A program made the position numbers and the translations under genes. The notes under the pieces are model-generated. The model had not been told where the DNA came from. It ran no database searches and worked only from the letters and a program-made list of their open reading frames with translations. A stretch of DNA of 63,950 bases, the filler included, from Reclinomonas americana ATCC 50394 (lineage: Eukaryota), in NCBI GenBank assembly GCA_048213135.1. It is 6 parts of 4 records of this genome, joined end to end, with 100 filler letters (N's around TTAATTAATTAA, not from the genome) between each part and the next. Parts side by side here need not be neighbours in the genome. Positions count along the whole stretch, not along the records: positions 1 to 15,242 come from PS015227.1; positions 15,343 to 19,961 come from PS015229.1; positions 20,062 to 41,362 come from PS015229.1; 3 more parts are not named here. One strand, written 5' to 3'. Position 1 is the stretch's first letter, and each line of letters opens with the position of its first letter. Positions 11,962 to 21,966 of this stretch are shown here, piece by piece.

Positions 11962-13032
11962 ATGTCACTCGCCACCTCCACTCTCCACAGCAAGACGATG
12001 CATGGGCACACCTCAACTGTGAGCTGTGTCGCCATCACTCCCGACAGTCGCCATGTGGTGAGCGGAAGTGAGGATCGCGCAGTGCGTGTGTGGTCACTGG
12101 CGAGTGGCAAGGAGGTGCAACGATTGGAGGGGCGCACTGCTTCTGTGCTGTCTGTCGCCATCACCCCTGATGGACGCCATATGGTGTGTGGCGGAGTCGA
12201 TGAGACAGTGCATGTGTGGTCACTGGAGAGCGGGGAGGAAGTGCAACTGTTGAGAGGACACACTGCTGCGGTGTGGTCCGTTGCCGTCACTCCCGATGGG
12301 CTTCGCGTGGTGAGTGGCGGTGGTGACAACACAGTGCGCGTGTGGTCACTGGCGAGTGGCGAGGAGGTGCGACGACTGGACGGACACACTGCGCCGGTGC
12401 TGTCTGTCGCTGTCACTCCCGACGGTCAGCACGTTGTAAGCGGGAGTTTGGACAAGACAGTGCGAGTGTGGTCGCTGGCGAGTGGAGAGCAGGTGCGGCG
12501 ATTGGAGGAGCACACCAAGTGGGTGTGGTCCGTTGCCGTCACTCCCGACGGACGCCATGCTGTCAGCGGTGGTGGAGACAACACGGTGTACGTGTGGTCC
12601 CTGCCAGGTGGCGAGGGAATGCGACGATTTGAAGGGCACACCGACGATGTGTTGTCTGTCGTTGTCACTCCCGATGGGCAGCATGTGGTGAGTGGCAGCA
12701 GTGACGGGACGGTGCGTGTGTGGTCGCTGGCGAGTGGCGAGGAGGCGCGCCGATTGGAAGCTGCAGCTGGCGGTGTACGCTCTATCGCCGTGAGCCCCGA
12801 TGGACAACACATTGTGAGTGGTGCGTTTGGTGCGGTCGTACAAGTGTGGTCCACGCCTCTCGGTCTTGCTCGGTGGGAAGCGGAGGCCGCTCGCTCGGCC
12901 ATGCTCGCCGTGAAGGAGATGCAGGAGGGCGGCAAGGAAGTAGATCGCCGTTGCTTGGTGGAGACGGTGCTGCGGTGCTTCATCGTCGAGGATGCGGAGG
13001 CAACTCGCTTCCGTTGCTTGCGCCGAAGTTAA
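11962..13032 (+). CDS. WD40 array copy 3 (intronless, 356 aa)
   Basis: MSLATSTLHSKTMHGH start, seven WD40 repeats, tail WEAEAARSAMLAVKEMQEGGKEVDRRCLVETVLRCFIVEDAEATRFRCLRRS*. Confidence 0.92.
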   Translation: MSLATSTLHSKTMHGHTSTVSCVAITPDSRHVVSGSEDRAVRVWSLASGKEVQRLEGRTASVLSVAITPDGRHMVCGGVDETVHVWSLESGEEVQLLRGHTAAVWSVAVTPDGLRVVSGGGDNTVRVWSLASGEEVRRLDGHTAPVLSVAVTPDGQHVVSGSLDKTVRVWSLASGEQVRRLEEHTKWVWSVAVTPDGRHAVSGGGDNTVYVWSLPGGEGMRRFEGHTDDVLSVVVTPDGQHVVSGSSDGTVRVWSLASGEEARRLEAAAGGVRSIAVSPDGQHIVSGAFGAVVQVWSTPLGLARWEAEAARSAMLAVKEMQEGGKEVDRRCLVETVLRCFIVEDAEATRFRCLRRS

Positions 13033-13184
13033 CCGGCTTTCTCCTTGTCATTCGTTGTCGTTCTTTTTCTTTTCCGTATGCGTATCAAATGAAGAGCCTT
13101 TCTATGCCTCAGAGCCCTGCTTGGTTCACAGCCATCGACTTCTTGTCCCATTCCTTGTCCCTCCGTCACATCTTCCTTGCGCGC

Positions 13185-14282
13185 ATGTCACTCGCCACCT
13201 CCGCTCTCCACTGCAAGAAGATGCGTGGACACACCGAAGGAGTGTGGTCCGTCGCCATCACTCCCGATGGTCGCCATGTGGTGAGCGGGAGTGAAGACCA
13301 CACAGTGCGCGTGTGGTCGCTGGCAAGTGGAGAGCAAGTACGCCAGCTGGAGGGCCACACTGACTGGGTGCTCTCTGTCGCCATTACCTCTGATGGACGC
13401 CATGTTGTGAGTGCGAGTGACGATAAGACTGTGCGTGTGTGGTCACTGGAGAGTGGGGAGGAGGTGCATCGCTTGGAGGGGCACATCTCGCCAAGGGTGT
13501 CTTCTGTCGCCGTCACTCCGGATTGTCAGTACGCTGTGAGTGGGGGTGCTGACAGGACTGTGCGCGTGTGGTCACTGGCGAGCGGTGAGGAGGTGCGACG
13601 ATTGGAGGGACACGACGATGCGGTGATGTCTGTTGCCGTCACACCCGATAGCCAGTGCGCTGTGAGTGGCGGCAAAGACGGCGCTGTGAGGGTGTGGTCA
13701 CTGGCGAGTGGAGAAGAAGTGCGACGACTGGAGGGTTACTATGGGTGGGTATTCACTGTCGCTGTCACTCCCGATGGCCAGCATGTGGTGGGTGGGAGCT
13801 GGGACGGAACAATGCGAGTGTGGTCCCTGTCGAGTGGGCAAGAGGTGCAACGATTTGCTGGTCACGAGAAGGAGGTGTTGTCTGTGTCTGCAACTCCCGA
13901 TGGCCTGTTCATTGTGAGTGGCAGTCGTGACAAAACGGTGCGTTTGTGGTCACTGGCGAGTGGAGAGCAAGTGCGACGGCTGCAGGAGCACACCAAAGGG
14001 GTGTGGTCTATCGCCGTGAGTCCCGATGGACAGCGTATCGTGAGTGGCTGTGCTCGCCCGGACAACACAGTGCGTGTGTGGTCCACGCCGCTTGGTCTCG
14101 CGCAGTGGGAGGTGGAAGTCGCTCGCTCGGCTATGCTCGCCGTGCAGGAGATGCAGGAGGGAGAGGAGAAGGAGAGAGAGGAGAAGGAGGGAGAGGAGGT
14201 CGATCGCCGCTGCTTGGCGGAGATTGTGCTGCGGTGCTTCATCGTCGAAGATGCAGAGGCAACTCGCTTCCGTTGCTCGTGA
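13185..14282 (+). CDS. WD40 array copy 4 (intronless, 365 aa)
   Basis: MSLATSALHCKKMRGH start, seven WD40 repeats, tail WEVEVARSAMLAVQEMQEG...VDRRCLAEIVLRCFIVEDAEATRFRCS*. Confidence 0.92.
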   Translation: MSLATSALHCKKMRGHTEGVWSVAITPDGRHVVSGSEDHTVRVWSLASGEQVRQLEGHTDWVLSVAITSDGRHVVSASDDKTVRVWSLESGEEVHRLEGHISPRVSSVAVTPDCQYAVSGGADRTVRVWSLASGEEVRRLEGHDDAVMSVAVTPDSQCAVSGGKDGAVRVWSLASGEEVRRLEGYYGWVFTVAVTPDGQHVVGGSWDGTMRVWSLSSGQEVQRFAGHEKEVLSVSATPDGLFIVSGSRDKTVRLWSLASGEQVRRLQEHTKGVWSIAVSPDGQRIVSGCARPDNTVRVWSTPLGLAQWEVEVARSAMLAVQEMQEGEEKEREEKEGEEVDRRCLAEIVLRCFIVEDAEATRFRCS

Positions 14283-14451
14283 TCCAGAGGTCGACCGGCT
14301 TCCTTTGTCATCGTTCTTCTTTTCACCTTACACATGTCTGCAATAAAGCGCCACGCACCTTGTTCTCGTCACGGAAGCAGAGTTAATGACGGACTTCATG
14401 TCCCACTCCTTCACGTCCTCCTGTCTTTCCTTCTCCCTTGCGCGCCAACCA

Positions 14452-14511
14452 ATGTCACTCGCCTCCTCCACTCTCCACTGCAGGACGCTGCGTGGACACA
14501 CCGGAGGAGTG
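14452..14511 (+). CDS. WD40 array copy 5, 5' fragment cut by an N gap
   Basis: MSLASSTLHCRTLRGHTGGV, preceded by the same pyrimidine-rich ...CGCCAACCAATG leader. Confidence 0.85.
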
Positions 14512-14838
14512 NNNNNNNNNNNNNNNNNNNNNNNNNNNNNNNNNNNNNNNNNNNNNNNNNNNNNNNNNNNNNNNNNNNNNNNNNNNNNNNNNNNNNNNNN
14601 NNNNNNNNNNNNNNNNNNNNNNNNNNNNNNNNNNNNNNNNNNNNNNNNNNNNNNNNNNNNNNNNNNNNNNNNNNNNNNNNNNNNNNNNNNNNNNNNNNNN
14701 NNNNNNNNNNNNNNNNNNNNNNNNNNNNNNNNNNNNNNNNNNNNNNNNNNNNNNNNNNNNNNNNNNNNNNNNNNNNNNNNNNNNNNNNNNNNNNNNNNNN
14801 NNNNNNNNNNNNNNNNNNNNNNNNNNNNNNNNNNNNNN

Positions 14839-15242
14839 GCGTCGGGAGTGACGGCAACGGACAGCACCGCCGCAGTGTGTCCGTCCAGTCGTCGCACTTC
14901 TTCTCCAGTTACAAGTGACCACACGCGCACAGTCTCGTCAGAACTTCCACTCACCACGTGCAGCCCATCGGCCGTGATGGCGACAGACCACACCGTATCT
15001 GTGTGTCCCCTCATCTGCCGCATCTGCTCGCCACTCGCCAGCGGCCTCACACGCAATACAAAGTCACTGCCGGCACTCACAACGTACAGGCCATCGGGAG
15101 TAATGGCGACCGACATCACCGCGTAAAGGTGACCATCCATCCGTTGTACTTGCTCGCCACTCTCCAGTGACCACACGCGCACAGTCCTGTCAGCACCCCC
15201 ACTCACAGCATGCAAACCATCGGGAGTGATGGCGACCGACCA
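14839..15242 (-). CDS. WD40 family fragment in the opposite orientation (about 3 repeats)
   Basis: Minus-strand translation HAVSGGADRTVRVWSLESGEQVQRMDGH...LDGHTAAVLSVAVTPD, the same repeat family as the array. Confidence 0.85.
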
Positions 15243-15342
15243 NNNNNNNNNNNNNNNNNNNNNNNNNNNNNNNNNNNNNNNNNNNNTTAATTAATTAANN
15301 NNNNNNNNNNNNNNNNNNNNNNNNNNNNNNNNNNNNNNNNNN
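15243..15342. other. Artificial scaffold linker (N44-TTAATTAATTAA-N44)
   Basis: Identical 100-bp structure occurs five times; the 12-mer gives stops in all six frames. Confidence 0.97.
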
Positions 15343-15530
15343 AGGGGGAAGGAACAGGGGGAAGGAACAGGGGGAAGGAACAGGGGGAAGGAACAGGGGG
15401 AAGGAACAGGGGAAGAAGAAAGGGGAAGGAACAGGGAGAAGGAAAAGGTGGAATGAACAGGGGGAAGGAAAAGGGGAAGGAACAGGGGGAAGAAAACGGG
15501 GGAAGGAACAGCGGGGAGGAACAGGGGGAA
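15343..15530. repeat. (GGGGGAAGGAACA)n minisatellite, probably intronic
   Basis: Directly visible ~13-bp unit, degenerating toward the right. Confidence 0.85.
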
Positions 15531-15756
15531 GAAACAGAAGGAATAGGTGGACAAGTTGTGAATTGAGTGACAGAAAGCGAGGATAGGAGACAAGCAGTTG
15601 TCGGCAGAGGAATCGCTGCAAGAGTTAGATGCTGGCAGAGCAGAGAACCTGAATCACTGAGTGCCAGAGCGACAACGTCAAAGAAAACAAGGAAGACAAC
15701 AAGCAGCCATAAAATAGTCAAGAGAGAGAGCATTGGAGAATAGAGAAATACATCAC

Positions 15757-16497
15757 CTGGTTTCCAACTCCATTGAAATACACCCATAATGCGCCTCCGC
15801 CGCTGTTGCCGCCCAGGTTGTTCGCGTTCACTGTCGCTGCTCGTGGAATGTGCGGTGTAAGCGCGGTAGGCACAGACAATAAAATGACAATAATCACACC
15901 AACCGGTGGAGAGCGTTGTTCCCGATCCTCCGCTGCCATTTGCAGAAGCGGAGTTGGACGTGAAAGTCGAACTGCTGATAGTCTACCACATGCACACAAA
16001 CGAATGTGTTAGGAGGACAACACGAATTTGTGAGTAGAATGCTCATGAAGCACCTGCGCATGCAAAAACACCACACATCAGCAACACAAATGCAATACGG
16101 ACGCAGTGACGCGCTCTCTCACCTGTGTGCCCGGGTTGGCCAGGAACGACATCATTATGGCACCTCCACCAGAGGCACTGCTGACAGCATTCTGCGACTG
16201 GGCGTTGTTGACGCCACCGCAGCCATTTTTCGAGGCAGAATTGAAGGAAAATGATGACGTGGAGATCTGCACGGCGCACCGATGAGTTGGCAACAATGAT
16301 GGCGCGTCTGAAGAAAAGAGGCCACATACCGACTGGTAGTTGATACCAGTGGCATAGAACATGCCCCAGATGGCACCACCGCCAGTGAGCGTGGCGGTCT
16401 GTGACACACCAGGTAGGGCAGTGGTGCCCGTGGCATCGCCGCTGCCAGAATTACCACTGCCACCGTTGGCGTTGCCCGAGACGGTGTTGTTTGTGAA
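15757..16497 (-). CDS. Internal fragment of a second GGA-motif beta-helix protein (4 exons)
   Basis: FTNNTVSGN...GGGAIWGMF | ISTSSFSFNSA...GGGAIMMSF | TISSSTFTSNSA | ...GGGALWVYF, joined by GT-AG introns. Confidence 0.75.
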
Positions 16498-16915
16498 NNN
16501 NNNNNNNNNNNNNNNNNNNNNNNNNNNNNNNNNNNNNNNNNNNNNNNNNNNNNNNNNNNNNNNNNNNNNNNNNNNNNNNNNNNNNNNNNNNNNNNNNNNN
16601 NNNNNNNNNNNNNNNNNNNNNNNNNNNNNNNNNNNNNNNNNNNNNNNNNNNNNNNNNNNNNNNNNNNNNNNNNNNNNNNNNNNNNNNNNNNNNNNNNNNN
16701 NNNNNNNNNNNNNNNNNNNNNNNNNNNNNNNNNNNNNNNNNNNNNNNNNNNNNNNNNNNNNNNNNNNNNNNNNNNNNNNNNNNNNNNNNNNNNNNNNNNN
16801 NNNNNNNNNNNNNNNNNNGGAGGAGAGAGAGGAGAGTGTGGGAGAGAGTGAGTGAGTATGTGTGTGAGAGAGGGTGAGAGGCAGGAGCGACTGCAGTCTG
16901 CAGAGGAACTCCACA

Positions 16916-16956
<41 letters not shown>

Positions 16957-18414
16957 GAGAGTAAGAGAGAGAGAGACGAAATACGGGAAAAATGGCCCGG
17001 AGATTGATGATTGATTTCCGCTCAAAAACACACACTTGACAAGAGAGCAATCTCTTACTCTTGTCTCTTTCTCTCTCTCTCATTACTCACTCACTCAGCA
17101 CGCACCTTTCACAACAAGGTACTTTTTGAGTTCTCCCGGGGGATACAAACGATGCAATGGGCGGAGGTAAACTGCACACACACACACACAGCGAGTGAGA
17201 GTGAGACAAAGAGAGTGAGTGAGATTGCACACACGCAGAGAGAGAAAGAGAGAGTGTGTGTGCAAGAGGGCATTGCCATGGCGATCGACTTTAGTGTGTG
17301 TTCTGTGCAGTTTGTGTGTGTGTGTCTCTTTCTTCTCTTTCTTCAAGTGCGTACCAAAGTCTTTCTTCTTGTCTCGCAGTGGACTTCGCTGTGCTTGCAT
17401 GAAAGGTCGCGATTGTGAGTGAGAGCCAGTGCTTGCAATTGCGGACAAACACGTCATGCATGAATGTCCACCTTCGATATTGGAGCATGGTGGGTTTTTT
17501 CATTTTCAAACGGCCACTTGCAAGCGGTGAATGGTCTACGCCATGATGTGATGTTCTGTGCTGGAATTCGAATTCGTGCTTGCGAACTGCGAGCTTCGAA
17601 TAATAATACGAACGCCGGTATTCAGTCGCCAACAAAAAAGACAGCTGTCTTGATGACCGCAAGTCCAACCATATCCAAAACATCAACACAGATACCAGTC
17701 TTGAGGGCAGCAGCAGGTTTCCTGTGTGTGTGTGTGTGTTCGAATTCGCCCCCGGAGCTCCGAATAAGTCGGAACGGTGATCCTCATCGCAAACGCGAAG
17801 CAGAGAGAGGACCCGGCTTGGTATTCTACACCACGGTACGATGTCTGTATACTGTCAATATCTCAAGCGCATGTTCTCCGACTGCGAACTGTCGAAACTG
17901 CAAGAGCGATCGGAGATTTCTCCACGGGTCTGCTGTCAAACTCGACTGGTTCACACCAGAGTGGAACTGACGAGGATGCACTGCAGCTGGGAATGACAAC
18001 AAATGAGCAGCCGGCATCGCAAACGATGGCGTTGATTGAGAGGCTGTTTACCACGCTGCTGTGCAGCTGAATGCCAATCACTTGCGAAGGCTGATCACAC
18101 CGAATGTGCTGACCGAGCTGCTCTCAAGCGTGTCCACCATTTGCCTGTCTCCAGCGTGCCCACCGTCGTCACACTGCCACTGGCCGAGCTGCCCTGCAGT
18201 GCGCCCACCGTCGTCACGCTGCCGCCACTGATCACGCTGCAATGAACAACGTTGTGGACGAGGCCGACCCGGATCCGACCACTGTGGAGGTAGCAAGCAA
18301 GAATCAGCAGGCAGAAGGCACCAAATAACATCGAGGCGACCTGGCACTGAAGCGCACATCCATTCCTCGCGTCCCAGCGGGCAACGTTGTTGATACGCGA
18401 CGCCCATCAGTCCT

Positions 18415-19709
18415 TCACCCTGTCACGACGACAACGACGCCGCCTCCTCGCCACAGATTCGCCTCCGCCTCCTCCACCAAGAAACAGCGGAGCACGAGCA
18501 ACGGCAGCGACTCTCCATCCTGCAACTCCTCCTCCTTTTCCGCCTCTGCCTCCCGCAACGCGAACACAGCCTCGCGCGCCGCCTGCACCTCCTGCTCCAA
18601 GCACCACCGCTTGCTCCACGGACCTACATTCCGCGATAAGCAGGTGCGTGGCGCACGCAGTGCACTACGTACGCCCACCCACACACTCACCTGGCGCGAA
18701 CACGCGCACGCCATGCGCAAGTTGACAGACGGCCAGACGTCCGTCGGCGAGAATCACTGGACTCCACAGGGGCTGAGGCACACCATCGCGGCTGGTGTCA
18801 TCGCTGGCCACCAAGCGGAGCGTGTCCACGTTCCACACTTGCACCAAGCCATCTGCGCGCATGCGTTGAACAACAACGCGAGGAGGGCACTGGAATGCAG
18901 CTGAGCTGTCTCTCTGTCTTGCTGTATCCCTCTCTTCTCTCTCTGTGGCGCGAACCATGCGTCGTGGCAACAACAATCGGCAACTCCTCCTCCGCAAACG
19001 CGGTGCCATACACGCCGCACCAGGTATCCCGATCGGGCACGCCCACCAGTCGCTCGATGTGCGTGCTCAGATCAATCACCAGCACGCAGCCATGCCACGT
19101 GCCACAGGCCGCCAACGTCCCCCGCAGCGCCACCGAGTGCACAGCCGAGTCACAATGAAACACCCACAACTGTGCGCCAGTCTCCACACTCCACGTGCGC
19201 ACACTGTGATCATCCGAGGCGCTGACAAGCACGCGATCGCACGACGACACCGCCAACGCATTCACGTGCTGCGAGTGGCCGTGCTGCACGCGCACCTTCT
19301 CCCCTCCTTGCACAGAATACACATGAATCTCCGTGGTCTCCGCCGTGGCAAACACATACAACGGCCGGTGCGTCATCGTCAGGCCCTGAATGTAGTCACA
19401 CCAACCAGTCGAGCGCCACTCTTGTCGCAAACACGTCTTCTCCTCCTCATCAATGATAATACTCCACAGTGCGACACAACAATCGAATCCGCACGAGGCC
19501 AGCTTCCCGCTGTCATAGTGCACGCGATAGGTGCCTCCCGGGTGCGCGTCCCTTTCAGTGTGCAATAGGTGGCCACTGTCGGCATCAAATACGAATATGC
19601 AGCCGTCTTCGTCGTTGCCGGCGACAATGATGAGTGGGGGAGAGAGGGCCCGGGGGGCAATGCAGAGGTGGGCGGCCGAGGCGCAGGGGATGTGCAGGGA
19701 TTCGTGCAT
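18415..19709 (-). CDS. Divergent WD40 protein (2 introns) carrying the same C-terminal module as the tandem array
   Basis: WD motifs LASCGFDCCVALWS, GHSQHVNALAVS...LVSASDDHSVRTWSV, and ATTH|DGLVQVWNV after splicing. Last exon EVQAAREAVFALREAEAEKEEELQDGESLPLLVLRCFLVEEAEANLWRG...*. Confidence 0.8.
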
Positions 19710-19748
19710 GGATTGAAGGTAAGCAAGCAGAGACAGTAAGTCGGGGCT

Positions 19749-19862
<114 letters not shown>

Positions 19863-19961
19863 TACGTACGTGTCGTACGTAGTAGTAATACGTAGTACGT
19901 ACGTAACGTACGTACGTACGTACTACGTACGTACTACTACGTTACGTAACGTACGTACGTA

Positions 19962-20061
19962 NNNNNNNNNNNNNNNNNNNNNNNNNNNNNNNNNNNNNNN
20001 NNNNNTTAATTAATTAANNNNNNNNNNNNNNNNNNNNNNNNNNNNNNNNNNNNNNNNNNNN
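19962..20061. other. Artificial scaffold linker
   Basis: N44-TTAATTAATTAA-N44. Confidence 0.97.
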
Positions 20062-20096
20062 CCACACCACACACACACACAAAAACATACGTACAG

Positions 20097-21728
20097 TGTT
20101 CTCCCGCTGGCCACCAACGACATGACCGGTGGTTTCAACATTGGCGTGGACTGCACGTTTGACGAAGATGAACAAGCCATGTGCGGTCTGACCGAAGCCG
20201 AAGTGGATCTCCTTTTGGACCGCGTGCAACTTCGTGATGGCTCCTCGCTCTCCACCGTCAACAAGACCATGTACCACACCGTCATTCGCCAGCGCTACAA
20301 TGGCTTCCGCTTCTTTGATGGGCCGAGTGCCATTCCCATCTACTGCACCGATCATGTCATGTCGTACATGCGGGTGTGTTCCCGTGAAGTATGACCAGGA
20401 GATGATTGCACTCACGGTTTTCGCAATTGCAGGAGGTCCAGAAGGGGAAACGAACGCCTCGCACTACCTACTCCAACGTGGAACTTAGCGACGCAGCCCT
20501 CCAATTGATGGTGCAATCGCAACACCTGCCCATCTTGCTGAGCGTACTCCGTGGCTCCACGTCTAGTGAGGTCGCACTGCCCGATGATGCGGGTCCATTC
20601 CGCGGCGAAAATATCGCTGGCGCCGACGAGACCATGTTTGCGCGCTTCTGCCTGTACGTTGGTGGCTTCACCATTGCACCGGATGGCCAGAGTTGCGTCG
20701 TCCATCGTCTCTGCTCTCCTTAATCGTGCTTACCCGCCGTCAGGCCTTGTGGTGCCAAATGAGAATACTCGCGACCGCATCCTGCGGCGCCTTGTTCAGC
20801 GCGCCTGCCCAGCCGCCTGCAACGCACTTCTCAGGTCTCGACCGTCGGCGCTTCCTCCTTCTCCGCCTTCCTCTGCGCTTATTGTGTGCTTTTCCTGCCT
20901 GTTGTGCGTTTGTGATCTCTCTCCCTCCTTCGCATACACCAGTAATCTCGACATCGTCCTCTTGAACAATGTCTGTGAGGAGTGGCTGCGCGAGCACCAG
21001 TCACGCAATCCGGAGCACTTGCGGGAGCGACACGTTACGGACGCCTTCTTTGTGCAACTAGCGGCGGCCAAGGCACCGGTGAAGATGGAATTCGAGCTGG
21101 ATGTCGGCCTGGAGGTGGGCGACGATCACAAGCCTCCTCGTCTTTTCGGTTGGCGCCCCTCATCGTTTGTCAACAGGGTCGACCCAAGACACAATTCTGC
21201 GACATGGCCATCATTTCCGAGTCTCTAATGCGCATAATTGTAATCGAGTTCAAGGCGGTGCCGCTGCATGTGGTTCACTCGGGTTGCGTCTTCTGCCGCA
21301 GCGAACACACTGTCACATCGCACGGTATTTACACACGCACACAGATCTGGCGGTGGTAATGGCAGAGGCTGAGACAGAGACCATGCTGGCGAAGGCCAAG
21401 GCCATTGACGCCAGGCTGCCGGTGAGTGTGTGTGGCTTAGGCAGCAAAGGGCTTCTCTTTGTCATGACATCATGCTCTGCTCGTACAGATCAGCGGCGAC
21501 TGCACCACGGAGGAAGGCAGAGCCATGCTGGCTGCCATCTCGTACAAGGTGGCTGGTGGTCGTGGTGAGTTAACGAATGTGCTCGCGGCGGCAGAGGGTG
21601 CCGAGAAGCAGGTGCTACGATACGCGAAGGGGCTGCGACAGAAATATCCCGGGTACGAGGTGGTGCCGTTTGTGGCGGTGCTGGTGGGTCTGTCGCTTAG
21701 GGCGTGGAGGGTGGTGGTGGTGGAATGA
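20097..21728 (+). CDS. AAA-ATPase-like + C-terminal PD-(D/E)xK nuclease protein (PF09820/DUF1703-type architecture), 5' truncated, 6 introns
   Basis: VLPLATNDMTGGFNI...MCGLTEAEV...YNGFRF...IYC and LVVPNENTR match my recollection of the family motifs (TSGFNI, GFTxxEV, YNGYxF, LxIPN). C-terminal MEFE...CDMAII...IIVIEFK...AEKQVLRY fits a restriction-endonuclease-like fold. Confidence 0.75.
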
Positions 21729-21966
21729 ATGTGGCGTGATGCTTCTTCGTCACACAATCGTGGTGACAGGCTGCGCCCCGCAGTTCTTAACCTTTGCATA
21801 CTTGTGGACCACTATCGCACTGCGTCCAGTCTTGGTTGAGAGAGTGCGAAGTCGAAGTCGTAAATCGCAGCTGCGATATTGGTTTGTAACACAATGTACA
21901 CTGCACTCAGATCTGTGGCGGCCTTAACAGACCAGTAGATCAGATCCTCTCTCTCTCTATCACTAG

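Noticed and set aside
15287-15298. Palindromic TTAATTAATTAA occurring five times, which could be read as a TTAA transposon target or regulatory palindrome
   Set aside because: Always centred in exactly 44+44 N; it is an artificial contig-joining linker.
17150-18407. Possible spliced gene, including a short duplicated GCCCACCGTCGTCAC (SVTTVG on the - strand)
   Set aside because: I could not build a consistent in-frame exon chain on either strand or recognise a domain.
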